Positions 26,901-39,222 of a stretch of DNA of 64,000 bases are shown piece by piece. Source of the stretch: Haliotis cracherodii (taxonomy: Eukaryota); the NCBI RefSeq assembly GCF_022045235.1, contig NW_027266264.1:1674001-1738000 (forward strand), in the 5' to 3' direction. A program made the position numbers and the translations under genes. Within the stretch, counting starts at the first letter, position 1; each line of letters begins with the position of its first letter. A model generated the notes under the pieces. It saw only the letters and a list, made by a program, of their open reading frames with translations. It did no database searches and was not told where the DNA came from.

Positions 26901-29900
26901 AAAGCAAGTATTTCCAATCTCATTGGAGTGAGTGAGTGAGTATGGTTTTACGCCGCTATTAGCAATATTCCAGCAATATCACGGCTGGGACACCAGAAAT
27001 GGGCTTCACTCATTGTACCCATGTCGGGAATCGAACCCGGGTCTTCGGCGTGACGAGCGAACGTTTTAACCACTAGGCTACCCGAACTCCCCTATCTTAA
27101 TTAGACATCTCTGCAGTTTTACGACCCCAAATATATCAAAATACATCATGAAACTCAATCAATTGGTGATGATACCGAAACAAAACATAAAGAATGTTGA
27201 AGCCTTTTTTCCGACTGCTATGGTAGTATGCTTTCGATCTAACCTTCGTTACAAATTCTTATCAAATGTCAGTACGGTTTTTTAATTTGCTTACCTTTGA
27301 GTTGAAACGGTCAGCCGTATTCCCGAATAATCCTTTTTTGTAGAATCTATAATATAGGTTCTTTGAGACATGATAAGTAATATATATCGTGTACAGCGGT
27401 AATTCGTGTTTCCAACACTGTGGGACTCATGGTGTATTCTGAGCCAAATATCTGCGTCCATGGCGTTTCTTTATTAATAGTGAAATTTGTCCTTTCCAAA
27501 GTAACTCAGATGGTCTATTTTAATTTTTATATCAGCTTTTCACATACGTTTACTTTACATATACAATGGGTATAAGGAAATATAACTTAATTATATACTA
27601 CATGTCTCTGTTGGTGCTTCCAACCTCAGATGTGGCGAACATTACATCCGTTACAATGGAGAAAAATATATTTGTACTGGACTGTACAATAAACTATTGC
27701 TGACCCGGATTTCTCTCTACTTTGGACATATTTGACAGGAACTGACCAGTGCCAGGTTTGGCGACTCCATGGACAGTTCTACGGGGAGGAAGTCTTACCG
27801 GTAAACCCATGTTTGTAGTGAATCTGCAGTATAAGCGTTGTGATCGTCGATCCTTTACCAATTCTGAATCCAACCCCTGGAACAGAAGAATTTTACATTC
27901 GAATAATTCTAACTTATAATAGACCTGCATAACACATATTAATGTAGGTAGGCAATTTACAGACCTAGGATTAAAACAGTCTCTCCGCTCCTTCATTCTT
28001 GTAACTTTGACAAACGTTAATTTCAATAATATGTTCTTAAACAAGAATTTGTATTCATTTGACTTAGTATTCACTTTAAATCCAAAGTTTCAGAGAAGAA
28101 ATGTCACCTTTCGGTAAACTTGTCGATGTGGCGTGTTTGGCCCAGGCGTACATGGCTTTACGTTGCCCGGACCTGCATTTGCCTCCCCTGCAGTTCCTGT
28201 GATGATTTGAGAATCCAGCAACAAGATGAACAAACACATAACGACAACAAAATGTCTATAGCGCACGACGACCATCAGAATAAGTAGCACTGTTGCCATT
28301 TACGATATCAAAAACTATGCATAACAGGTGGGCAATTCTGAAGCTGCTGTCCTGACTGTACTCCCCTTGGAGCTGAGAATGGAAACCGAGTGCACACTGA
28401 TCTTTATTTCCAGCGGAAAAATAAATCCCTTCCACCCCGTTTCGAAGTAAAAAGTTAAAAGCTGAGTCTATGAAAGTCACGTGACATAGCACAAGCTAAC
28501 CTCCGCTCAATCGAACAGCTGTTTTCTATCAATTTTGAATTTGTTTTAATTCTTTTACAATAGCAGCTTAAAACATGTCGGTGAGATAATTCGTTGTTGT
28601 GGTATCACTTGGGGAACCCCATCTACCACTCGTGATCCTTCTACAAATATTATGTTATGTGTCCATTATTACTCACTCACTCACTCAATCCGTGAAGATC
28701 CGGGATAGAAAAGGTCTTCAGCAAACCATGCTTGCCGTAAGTGGCGACCAATGGGATCGGGTGGTCAGGCTCGCTAACTTGGTTGATGCATGTCATCTTA
28801 TCCCATTTGCGTGGATCGATGATCATGACGTCAATCACTGGATTGACTAGTCCAGACTCGATTATTTACAGACCGTCGTCATATAGCTCGAATATTGCTG
28901 AGTGCGGCGTTAAACATCAAACAAACCAAACTAACCAAATCAACCAGCTCAAGTCTTTGGTCTTGGCAGTTCTCCACGTTTAATACACTCGAGCATACTC
29001 GTCTGCGAAGATTTCAAAGAGAGTCATGCGACTCTTGCTCAAACGTTAATTTGATCTACCAGCCTACAACACGTACCATACATCGGTCTGTCTACCAGCC
29101 TACAACACGTACCATACATCGGTCTGTCTACCAGCCTACAACACGTACCATACATCGGTCTGTCTACCAGCCTACAACACGTACCATACATCGGTCTGTC
29201 TACCAGCCTACAACACGTACCATACATCGGTCTGTCTACCAGCCTACAACACGTACCATACATCGGTCTGTCTACCAGCCTACAACACGTACCATACATC
29301 GGTCTGTCTACCAGCCTACAACACGTACCATACATCGGTCTGTCTACCAGCCTACAACACGTACCATACATCGGTCTGTATACCAGCCTACAACACGTAC
29401 CATACATCGATCTGTCTACCAGCCTACAACACGTACCATACATCGGTCTTTCCAAGGGGTTCTCCATTACACGCTTTGAGAGAGATGTGGTGAGCAACAC
29501 CGCCACTTGTCAACGCCTCAAATTTGACTGAAATTGAGGTGAATACATGTTAGTAATAAGCTGGTAGACACAGCTGTAGTATCCACACCGGAACAGTGTT
29601 GTAAGACTGTGTTGTTGGACTGTGTTGTTAAACTGTGTTGTTGAACTGTGTTGTTGAACTGTGTTATGGAACTGTGTTGTTGGACAGCGTTGTTATACTG
29701 TGTTGTTAAACTGTGTTGTTGAACTGTGTTGTTGGACAGTGTTGTTGGATTGTGTTGTTGAACTGTGTTGTTGAACTGTGTTGTTAAACTGTGTTGTTAA
29801 ACTGTGTTGTTGGACAGTGTTGTTAGACTGTGTTGTTGAACTGTGTTGTTGAACTGTGTTATGGAACTGTGTTGTTGGACAGCGTTGTAATACTGTGTTG

Positions 29901-32900
29901 TTAAACTGTGTTGTTGAACTGTGTTGTTGGACACTGTTGTTAGACTGTGGTGTTGGACTGTGTTGTTAGACTGCGGTGTTGGACTGTGTTGTTAGACTGT
30001 GGTGTTGGACAGTGTTGTTAGACTGTGGTGTTGGAGTCTGTTGTTGAAAAGTGTTTTTGATACAGTTGCTGGACGGTCAGTGTTGTTGTACACTGAGGCG
30101 AATTGCGATTATTAATAAGCTAGTAGATATCGCTATAGTATCTTTGAAGGAACGGTGTTGTAGGATATGAATACGACTTACAAAGCGATTATCTTGCGTT
30201 CAACTTCTATAACCGATGTATAGAGAAGATTGTCCTTGGTTCTACAACCGATGTGTGGGTTTAATTCCTTGTGGTCTACTCACCTATGTAGGTGTCCTCG
30301 GGACAGTTAGCTACATTGAAACTGGAACACATGTAAGCATCAGCCTGTAACACATGTAAACATCGGCCTTTAACACATGTAAGCATCGGTCTGTAACACA
30401 TGTAAGCATAAGCTTGTAACACATGTAAGCATCGGCCTGTAACACATGTAAGCATCGGTCTGTAACACATGTAAGCATCAGCTTGTAACACATGTCAGCA
30501 TCGGTCTGTAACACATGTAAGCATCAGCTTGTAACACATGTAAGCATCGGTCTGTAACACATGTAAGCATAAGCTTGTAACACATGTAAGCATCGGCCTG
30601 TAACACATGTAAGCATCGGCCTGTAACACATGTAAGCATCGGTTTGTAACACATGTAAGCATCTGCCTGTAACACATGTAAGCATCTGCCTGTAACACAT
30701 GTAAGCATCGGCCTGTTACACATGTAAGCATCGGCTTGTAACACATGTAAGCATCGGCTTTTAACACATGTAAGCATCGGTCTGTAACACATGTAAGCAT
30801 CGGTCCTTAACACATGTAAGCATCGGTCTGTAACACATGTAAGCATCGGCTTGTAACACATGTAAGCATCGGTCTGTAACACATGTAAGCATCAGCTTGT
30901 AACACATGTAAGCATCGGCCTGTAACACATGTAAGCATCGGCTTGTAACACATGTAAGCATCGGCCTGTAACACATGTAAGCATAAGCTTGTAACACATG
31001 TAAGCATCGGCCTGTAACACATGTAAGCATCAATCTGTTACACATGTAAGCATCGGTCTGTAACACATGTAAGCATCAATCTGTTACACATGTAAGCATC
31101 GGCCTGTAACACATGTAAGCATCGGTCTGTAACACATGTAAACATCAGCTTGTAACACATGTCAGCATCGGTCTGTAACACATGTTAGCATCAGCTTGTA
31201 ACACATGTAAGCATCTGCCTGTAATACATGTAAGCATCAGCTTGTAACACATGTAAGCATCGGTCTGTAACACATGTAAGCATAAGCTTGTAACACATGT
31301 AAGCATCGGCCTGTAACACATGTAAGCATCGGCCTGTAACACATGTAAGCATCGGTTTGTAACACATGTAAGCATCGGCCTTTAACACATGTAAGCATCT
31401 GCCTGTAACACATGTAAGCATCGGCCTGTTACACATGTAAGCATCGGCTTGTAACACATGTAAGCATCGGCTTTTAACACATGTAAGCATCGGTCTGTAA
31501 CACATGTAAGCATCGGTCCTTAACACATGTAAGCATCGGTCTGTAACACATGTAAGCATCGGCTTGTAACACATGTAAGCATCGGTCTGTAACACATGTA
31601 AGCATCAGCTTGTAACACATGTAAGCATCGGCCTGTAACACATGTAAGCATCGGCTTGTAACACATGTAAGCATCGGCCTGTAACACATGTAAGCATAAG
31701 CTTGTAACACATGTAAGCATCGGCCTGTAACACATGTAAGCATCAATCTGTTACACATGTAAGCATCGGTCTGTAACACATGTAAGCATCAATCTGTTAC
31801 ACATGTAAGCATCGGCCTGTAACACATGTAAGCATCGGTCTGTAACACATGTAAACATCAGCTTGTAACACATGTCAGCATCGGTCTGTAACACATGTTA
31901 GCATCAGCTTGTAACACATGTAAGCATCTGCCTGTAATACATGTAAGCATCTGCCTGTAACACATGTGCCTGTAACACATGTAAGCATCAGCTTGTAACA
32001 CATGTAAGCATCTGCCTGTAATACATGTAAGCATCAGCTTGTAACACATGTAAGTGGTGAGTGAGTGGTGAGTGACGAGAGATGGCTGACAGTCACCAGC
32101 ACAAGTACATTACCTCCAGTTAATGTGAAGACACGCAACGTTCAGGGATCACATCCCCTACTCAATAAACATCTGGCTCTTGAGAATTTTGGAGTATCAA
32201 GAACTAGAACTGACCCCTGTTTCATTTCATATTTAATTTCGTTACTGATTGTGATACTTTCAAGTAATGTTTTTATTTTGATCAACCCAGTGCAACCAAA
32301 ATGTGTAGCATGTATATTATGTTTGTTCTGACACTGTTTCCTTGGCTGGAAGACCCAGGACCATGTTGTTGACTGCACTGAAATAAACATTCAAATCCCA
32401 TCTGCCTTTGTCCTCAACTCAAACGTTTTATACACAAGATGTAATTCTATACTTAATATACCCATAAGATTATTATTGAATTTCAATATCCAGGTCTATT
32501 TGTTCAAAACTGAACAGCTGTGGCAAGTCATAGTGAATGCACGGCAATACACCACTGAACAGCTTTGTCCAACCATTACTTTACAACCGTCTTAGTGGTA
32601 GGAACGCTTTGTGAAGCTACCTCTCACGACATCAATTGCATCGTGTAGACTAGTCGCCCGTATACAACACATACAACCCCTTTGACTGAAAGGATTCATC
32701 AGGGCGTGGCGCAGCTTGCCACGTCACACAATATCCCTGTTATAATGCTATCTTCATAAAAGAAAAACTATACACTCTTCAAAACTAGAAACGCACGGGT
32801 AGTATGTTATTTACGGAACCTGACTACAAAAAAAAATCCGGTATATAAATTGGATGTATCTTATTAGAAAATGTTGGTGGCCTGACAGTCGAGAAACGGT

Positions 32901-34030
32901 GCGCCAAAACACAGCCATTGTCGATTTGCAATGTCTTAAAAGGCATTGTTTTCACACTTGTTCAAAAATGTCATGGAAGAAAATAGTAAAGTAAAATAGG
33001 TGGTGGTTGTGTCATGGTGTGGGGGGCCATATCCTACAACACGAGATCTGACTTGTGGTTCAGGGAAATTTTACAGCAAATCGCGACATGAATCAAATTC
33101 TTCAACCTCACCATCTTCCAATCATTGGCCGCCAGAGGGAGCCGTGTCAACAGGACAACGCCCCACCGTGCACAGCTCGTGTCACGGTAGACTACATTCA
33201 TAATGCCAACATCAACGTCTTGCCCGGGCCGTCGAGATCTCCAGATCTCAACCCAATCGAACACCTCTGGGATGAACTCGATCGCCGTGTACGTCAACGT
33301 CAGAACACGCCGCAGACACTCCCACAAATTGGGAGTGCGTTACAAACAGAAAGGCGCAGAATTCCGCAGGACAGAATGTTCATACTCTTTTCCAGTCAGT
33401 GCCGAGGAGATGCAGAGCCGTGATTGCTGCCCGGGGCGATCATACCTGATACTGAGTTCAGCGCAACCTTGTAGCCTTAACAATGAACAGTTTTCAATGC
33501 CTTTGTACAACGACAACATGTGACTATCGAGCTCCAAAATTTCATATTTGTATCTATGATACTAAATTAAATATATCGACTTTATTCGGTGCAATACATT
33601 TCCTAAAAATTTACCTGCGCGTTTCCTTTTTTGAAGAGTGTATTAGCTTAATATCGTTTGTCACGATAATGTTTCTTTTTCTTTTAAGTAACGAGATGTT
33701 GGTTGTGTCAAACACATACAAACGACACTTCCCCAATATAGTTTCCTGCTTATAAGGTACCGTTGCATCTGATATCAAACACATTCAAGGCCATCCTAAA
33801 TACCTTCCTAGTGCACAGTAAGGCGTTATAGCGAGGTGTGCACCCCTCAACACATCGTACACACTCACTGTTGTCGGAGTGGCTCCTCTCATCCGCAGAT
33901 CAATAGTTCTCGTGCTCTGTCCAACTCTAACACTGACTTCGTCACCTCCGCAGATTGTTTGAGCATCCCCTGGAGAAATATTCTGAAGGTGGGCCACCAT
34001 CAGGAAAACCGTCATCCAGCGGTGAGCCAT
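20954..34030 (-). CDS. Membrane-anchored peptidylglycine alpha-hydroxylating monooxygenase (PHM-only PAM paralog), complete, 14 coding exons
   Basis: Exons: 34030-33869, 30344-30284, 29527-29437, 28196-28108, 27876-27799, 27346-27295, 26766-26699, 26474-26391, 25083-25010, 24478-24428, 24305-24253, 22611-22394, 21483-21310, 21057-20954; all phases compatible. Motifs IDLRMRGATP, DAYMC, VAHHI, YAWAKHA, VGFRIG..LQIHY, KDYSG, DISC..FAFRPHAHNLG, GKGNPMWPQ, VARC, NEMCNF; TM helix; tail RGFDRLDTEE. Confidence 0.9.
21755..22040. mobile_element. Two SINE family B fragments in opposite orientation
   Basis: tttaacgccgcactcagcaatat...gagcctgaccacccgatccc (-), followed by actggattgtctgtccagactcg (+). Confidence 0.75.
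23113..24237 (+). mobile_element. MITE with caccgccaaaagaaacgc TIRs containing a nested, deleted Tc1 element (about 23157-24045)
   Basis: Outer TIRs at both ends. The inner element starts cattcttcaaaa (same TIR family as 32773) and has HTH and FQQDNA..H, WPSRSPDLNPIE remnants. Confidence 0.8.
24572..24896. repeat. About 29 bp tandem repeat, about 11 copies
   Basis: Unit acattcagtcaaacgcagtgttgaacatatt. Confidence 0.85.
25940..26095. other. Assembly gap
   Basis: Run of N. Confidence 1.
26096..26316 (-). mobile_element. tRNA-derived SINE (family C); related fragment at about 19000-19180 (+)
   Basis: Head gcctccgtggtctagt..ggttcgatgccc; body ccctgtctggcgct..gactggtcggc shared with 19030-19180. 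Confidence 0.75.
26926..27091 (-). mobile_element. tRNA-derived SINE (family A)
   Basis: Near-identical reverse complement of 6514-6691. Confidence 0.9.
28686..28935 (+). mobile_element. SINE-like family B, long copy
   Basis: ccgtgaagatccggg...gggatcgggtggtcaggctcgct...gaatattgctgagtgcggcgttaaacatcaaacaaacc. Other copies at about 25735, 36865, 37575, 42352, 46135, 47215, 48245, 59150, 59820. Confidence 0.8.
29056..29449 (-). repeat. 36 bp tandem repeat x11 made of the PHM exon 3 end plus splice donor
   Basis: Minus-strand unit agaccgatgtatg|gtacgtgttgtaggctggtagac. Confidence 0.93.
29595..30060. repeat. 14 bp tandem repeat
   Basis: Unit actgtgttgtt(ga/aa/gg/ag). Confidence 0.9.
30328..32054 (-). 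repeat. 23 bp minisatellite (about 75 copies) made of the PHM exon 2 acceptor plus exon start, with a 713 bp higher-order duplication
   Basis: Minus-strand unit tgtgttacag|gccgatgcttaca. Identical ORFs recur at an offset of 713 bp (31 x 23). Confidence 0.93.
32773..33640 (+). mobile_element. Internally deleted Tc1-like transposon
   Basis: TIRs cactcttcaaaa / ttttgaagagtg with TA flanks; QQDNAPPC..PSRSPDLNPIEHLWDEL. Confidence 0.88.
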
Positions 34031-34363
34031 GATCGTCCCGCTGTTCAGGCTTCAGCCACACTGCAACTAAAAACCAACTACACGTCCCGCATCAACGGAT
34101 TAGATTATCACATAGTTTAAGAACAAACACTCAAACACAGGAACTTTCACACTTTTAACAGGAGGTCTTCTGTTATTGTAGTAAACATGAGACGTCAAAT
34201 AATTCGAAAAACTCTCTCGGAGTTCTCACACACCTTATCATCGATTTCGCACATATGTCACTGGGTACATACGAGTTATGTCTCCTGTTATAAACTACTT
34301 TGTCCAGATAGTCCCCAGCTAGTGGCCTTTTTAACACAACTTGTTTCTTCAAGTGAACGGCGT

Positions 34364-34372
34364 CTATTTATA
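34364..34372 (-). promoter_or_regulatory. Candidate TATA box of the PHM-only gene
   Basis: TATAAATAG on the minus strand, upstream of a candidate non-coding exon (donor gtatgt near 34271, acceptor ttttagttgcag near 34062). Confidence 0.45.
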
Positions 34373-34489
34373 GCTGTTAGATGATATAACACTAAACTTA
34401 CCGGTGCTTTAGCCTGCAGTGTGTACGCATGGTTGAGCTTTTGTCCAGACAGTACGTATAGTAACGTGTCTCTGGGTGTCTATTTGCTC

Positions 34490-34790
34490 TGTTGGATAGA
34501 GCGTCTGCCTTGTCAGTGGTTCGATCCTCTGACAGCCTCCGTGGTCTAGTGGATAGAGCGTCTGCCCGGGGAGTTAAAGGTCGGTGGTTCGATCCCCTGA
34601 CGGCCTTCGAGGTCTAGTGGATAGAGCGTCTGCCCGGGGAGTTAAAGGTCGGTGGTTCGATCCCCTGACGGCCTTCGTGGTCTGGTGGATTGAGCGTCCG
34701 CCTGGAGAGTTAAAGGTCGGTGGTTCGATCCCCTGACGGCCTTCGTGGTCTAGTGGACAGAGCGGAATGTCGGTGGTTCAGTTCCCCGGA
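34490..34790 (+). repeat. Tandem array of tRNA-like SINE heads (about 67 bp, 4-5 copies)
   Basis: Repeated A box (tggtctagtgg) and B box (ggttcgatccc) with no SINE body. Confidence 0.8.
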
Positions 34791-35784
34791 TCCCCTGTGC
34801 ATGCAATCGTTATGATCTTGAACACGACGTTACACCCCATTTCCTCTCACCTCACACCGTGTCAGTCTTTGCATCATCATTGATGCATGCAGAGTTTATG
34901 GAGAGCGTTGCTGAAAGGCCGGATGTTTAGTACACAGGTTTTGGAAATATTATTAACGCTTACACCTAACTTCACTTTAACACAAATTATATCCGTAGTT
35001 GTCAGTGTGTCTCGTCACCCCCTCTGTGTGGTGTCATTTCAAGCTTGTCTGTGGGGTATTATCACAGATGACCAGACCGTTAACAGGGACAGTCAGAGCA
35101 AAACATGGAGTGACATCATGACATTGCTTGAATATTGCAGCGGCGTAAAACTACGCTCGCTCACTCTGTCAGATCAGTTCAGCTTCCGGAGATGTAAACA
35201 ATGGCCATACTCTGCACTGTACCTAAAAATAATTGTTGTTTGTTTTTGTAGAATTTTGGTAGTATCGTTCTATTTTCTTGTCCATTTAACCTACGATCGG
35301 TCATTTATCGTTCAGTGGGTGCCTTCCCTCGCGCAAAAGCCGTCTCTTAATATTTATGCGTGACCCTGAGGTCAAACTCCAAAACGAGGCTATCCCCACA
35401 AGCTGTCAAAATGGCATCGGAGCATCGCTGTGCCCTCGAATGCGTTTCCGATGCGAGCTGCGATAAATCATTCAGTTTTCATCGTCGTTACGGTCGATTT
35501 ATCTTTGCGGAAACGATGACTGGCAGCCATCCGACAAGTTAAAGGAAAGTTGTTCACCGTAAGTAATATTTTTCATTCATGTTTTTGCAAAACTGATGAG
35601 CGAATATCGCCTATCAACTATTGATTTTATCGCAGCTTACATGACGTTTCAGTACGAAATACTCGTGCTTTTTTAAAATACTCGTGCTATCGATTTCTTT
35701 TCTCGTTACATAAATACTACGTTTTATATATGTATATATGAGAGAGAGAGAGAGCGAGAGAGAGAGAGAGAGTATCGCGCGAGT

Positions 35785-35875
35785 GTTAATATCCTGCATT
35801 AGGAATAAACATTGTATTTAGCGAGCCTTGGCGAGCTAAATACAAAGTGTTTATTCCTAGTACAGGATATTTACC
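35785..35875. repeat. Palindromic core of a non-autonomous DNA element
   Basis: aatatcctgcattaggaataaacattgtatttagc [gagccttggcga] gctaaatacaaagtgtttattcctagtacaggatatt. Confidence 0.7.
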
Positions 35876-37779
35876 TGTCCTAAACAAACAAGCGTGTTAA
35901 CCTCTTTATCATATAATGTCATTCTTCAATTCTGTGCTTGAAAATCACTTCCCCTCACTCACAAACATTACCTAAACATTGGGAGTTTTCCTGGAATGCG
36001 CGCATTACTATTTATTATGTCACAGGGTAAGTGATGTGTCAGACGGACAGTGAAAGTAGCCAATATAGTTCCAACTGAAATCTGTTTCTTATACACTGGC
36101 GAAGCAACATATACGCAAAACAACAATTGTTTTTACGTGCCTTTCGCGACAATCCATCGGTCTGTCCGCTAGAGTAACTGCCCTTTGTCAAAGGGAAGCT
36201 ACTCTAACCCAAGTCTATGAGACGTCACGGCCACTTTTTAGACGTTGTTGACAGTCGGCCTGTTCTGTCATAACGTTAAGAAGTTTAGTTAGATGTACAC
36301 ACAGCGCCAAGGTAACAATTCATACATATTTCGCCTAAATCCAACTATTTTTATTTGTGGGAAAGGTTTCAAGCCACAGAGGTCTACAAGCACAGATATG
36401 GCTACTGATCCCGCTTGGCTAGGCCTAGTGCCCTCGCAAAATTGTTTCGAAATTAAAACCTCGTTCTGGAGTTTGACCTTGGGGTCATGCATAAATGTTA
36501 AAAGAGGTCTATGTCTCGTACAAGAAGTGACTGAATACGTGTGACACATTCGGTGCCACATATAACCGCTACCAGGCATCATAGACTGGACATGCGTAGA
36601 ATTGCGATAAATAACTCCAACAAGGACAAGAAAACATTGATGCAGAGCATCAAAGTTCCCCGCCATATGTGATGCCTCACAAACGCATAATTATGGATGC
36701 CTCACAAACGCATAATTATGATGTTACTGAAAGGCATGAAGGAGCATAATTATATTAACCACAAATAACACAACGCTGTTGTTGAAAAAAATATTATTCA
36801 TTTTGAGTATTGGGCAATACAGTTGATACATGTGCATAGGGTAGGTCTATTTAAAAATAGTTTCTTGTTTAACGCCGCACTCAACAGTATTCAAGCCATA
36901 TAACGGCGTGAGTCTGGACCAGATAATCCAGTGAGTGACACCAGAGACCATATAATAGATATATTATATGGTCTCTGTTGACACCAAGAGCGTCGAACTA
37001 CGCAATTGGAATACGATGTTATGCATCGACCAAATCGGCGAGCCTGACTACCCAGTCCTGTTCGTCGCCTCTTACGGCAAGCATCCATGGGGTTATTTAA
37101 AAAGTAGATCGAAGGAAATTTCTGGCACAAATGTAAACATTTTGAAATAGTATCCAAACTGCCAACAACATTGGCAGATGCACATACTCAAATAATAGAT
37201 CACATCCTTTTTACCTTTGGCATTTGGTTATAAAAATGAAAATGAAAATACTAAGGGCTCCATATGGCAAAAACGTCACACTAGATAAGGTCTTTTTGTC
37301 ACAACCACAGATGCACATACTCAAAATATTATCACGTAGTTGGAGAACATTTCAATACCTGGACTAATCAATAACGCAGATTCCTCCTCTCTTGTTTTAC
37401 GTATTTTGGTCAGTTTCTTTTTTGTATTTCTTTCTTTCAAAGAATAGTAATTGTGATCATGATGAGTTGAGTTACTTCGTCTTTTTCTATGTACTGTTTT
37501 TATCCAGTGTCAGTAACTGTTGTGGAATGTGGTTTACTTGTAATAATTACTGGTTTGAGTTCATATGATGATAATTGATTGGTTTGTCGTTTAACGCCGC
37601 ACTCAGCAATATTCCAGCTACATGACGGCGTTCTGTAAATAATCGAGTCTGGACCAGACAATCCAGTGATTAATATCATGAGCATCGATCCACGCAATTG
37701 GGATCGATGCCATGCATCAACCAAAGCCTGACCACCGGATCCCGTTAGTCGCCTCTTACGACAAGCATAGTCGCCTGAT

Positions 37780-38314
37780 ATACTGTTAAGATGTAACATA
37801 ACAATTCATCAATACTACTAAACAGAAGTAAATCTGCTTGTCCATTCGGATGAGTCGGACCCAAACCATTCCGCTGATGAGAGTCAAATAATGCATACGA
37901 ATCAAAATCCGTAAAAATTGCAATAGAGACATCATTAAAAGTTACCAAAAGTGACTGGGATATCAATATTCCTTGTTGAAATGATTCTATGAAATTTGTT
38001 TTCCCTGCTTCAATATTTGGAGCACCTGTGACGGGGCCATAAAACTGATTATGACCTAAATACCCCTCATAGCCTTCGGTGTTAACAATGTGACTGTAGA
38101 CAGTTGTGCCTTCATCCAACCGATTATCGAGGTCAGTGGAACACGGTACAGACGCAAATAGATTTGAGCCATGGGACACAAAATATATGATAGCGACCAG
38201 TGTTACGGCTGTACATTGAATTCCATTAAACGGTTGAAAAATACTACAGCCTTGATGCAAATTCGCCGACACACTTCTCCGATTTTGCTTTGACTTTGCT
38301 ACCAAACGTTTCAC
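37780..38314 (-). mobile_element. Peptidase C76 (herpesvirus tegument deubiquitinase-like) domain fragment, probably Helitron/Helentron-derived
   Basis: SANLHQG...F..FNGIQCTA, LDNRLDEG..VY, SIAIF..YALFDSHQRNGLG...G.A.LL.F; Cys and Asp-x-His catalytic motifs present. Confidence 0.65.
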
Positions 38315-38921
38315 ATGTGGCTATGTGCGGTGCAATTATTAGAAAAAAACACAGGAGGCTGGGTTAATTCAAAATACGGAATATAACTATTCCAAATATT
38401 TCCAGTGAACATGAGCATCCAAGCAATCAAAAGTGTGGTATGTAGAATGTGGAATTCAGACATATTACATTTAAATTGAAATGTCGTCGTCGTTCATGAA
38501 TAAGCATATTCAGAACATATTTTATATTATGCTGTTATTTACGATCTCCGGAGTACAGTTCTTCTTTTGTATGCACCGTGAAAATCAGAAAATTAGTCCT
38601 TGAGGAAATAAGGACATCGGATTACACATGAATGGTTTAATAATGTCAGCTAATGACCAGAAACGGTCAGATGCATCAATTAACTACATAAAGACGATTT
38701 TGAAGTATCTCTTATTGCTGGAAAAGAATAACATCAACATTCCACGCACACGATTTGTATGTTTTGTTTCCGTAAATGCGTGGCTTGAAATTTCAAATAA
38801 ACCAACATGTCGACACACATGCTACAAATTTAACGTTTCCCGTATACTTCCCCGCCTTCAGGGCGGGGAAGAATAAACTGTCAACATGAATGGTGGGTTA
38901 TCGTGTGTTTATTACATGTAG

Positions 38922-39169
38922 TCAGTCCTCCCCAGTACAGAAGTCATCGTCTTCACTGGACAACAGTGTGAACCCTTGGTGAGACGTCCCAAGTATATTG
39001 AAAGATTTCCGGCCCTGGAAACAGGATAATGTACCTGAAAGAAATATACACAAGTTAAAACGACGTAGTTCAAAATATTGAAAATAGCAAAATTGACAAT
39101 GATCGATCGTTGTTACCGTGAACACTTTATCGACCAGTGGTTAGATATTTCATGGTAGACATCATGAAT

Positions 39170-39222
<53 letters not shown>

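Noticed and set aside
27694-28299. Separate secreted or FGF-like gene suggested by ORFs 28299-28090 and 28074-27694 (RLYCR...)
   Set aside because: These are alternative frames of PHM exons 4 and 5 (YAWAKHA, VGFRIG..LQIHY), which splice in phase.
36289-36666. ORFs on both strands in the intergenic region
   Set aside because: No recognisable motifs; probably decayed repeat sequence.
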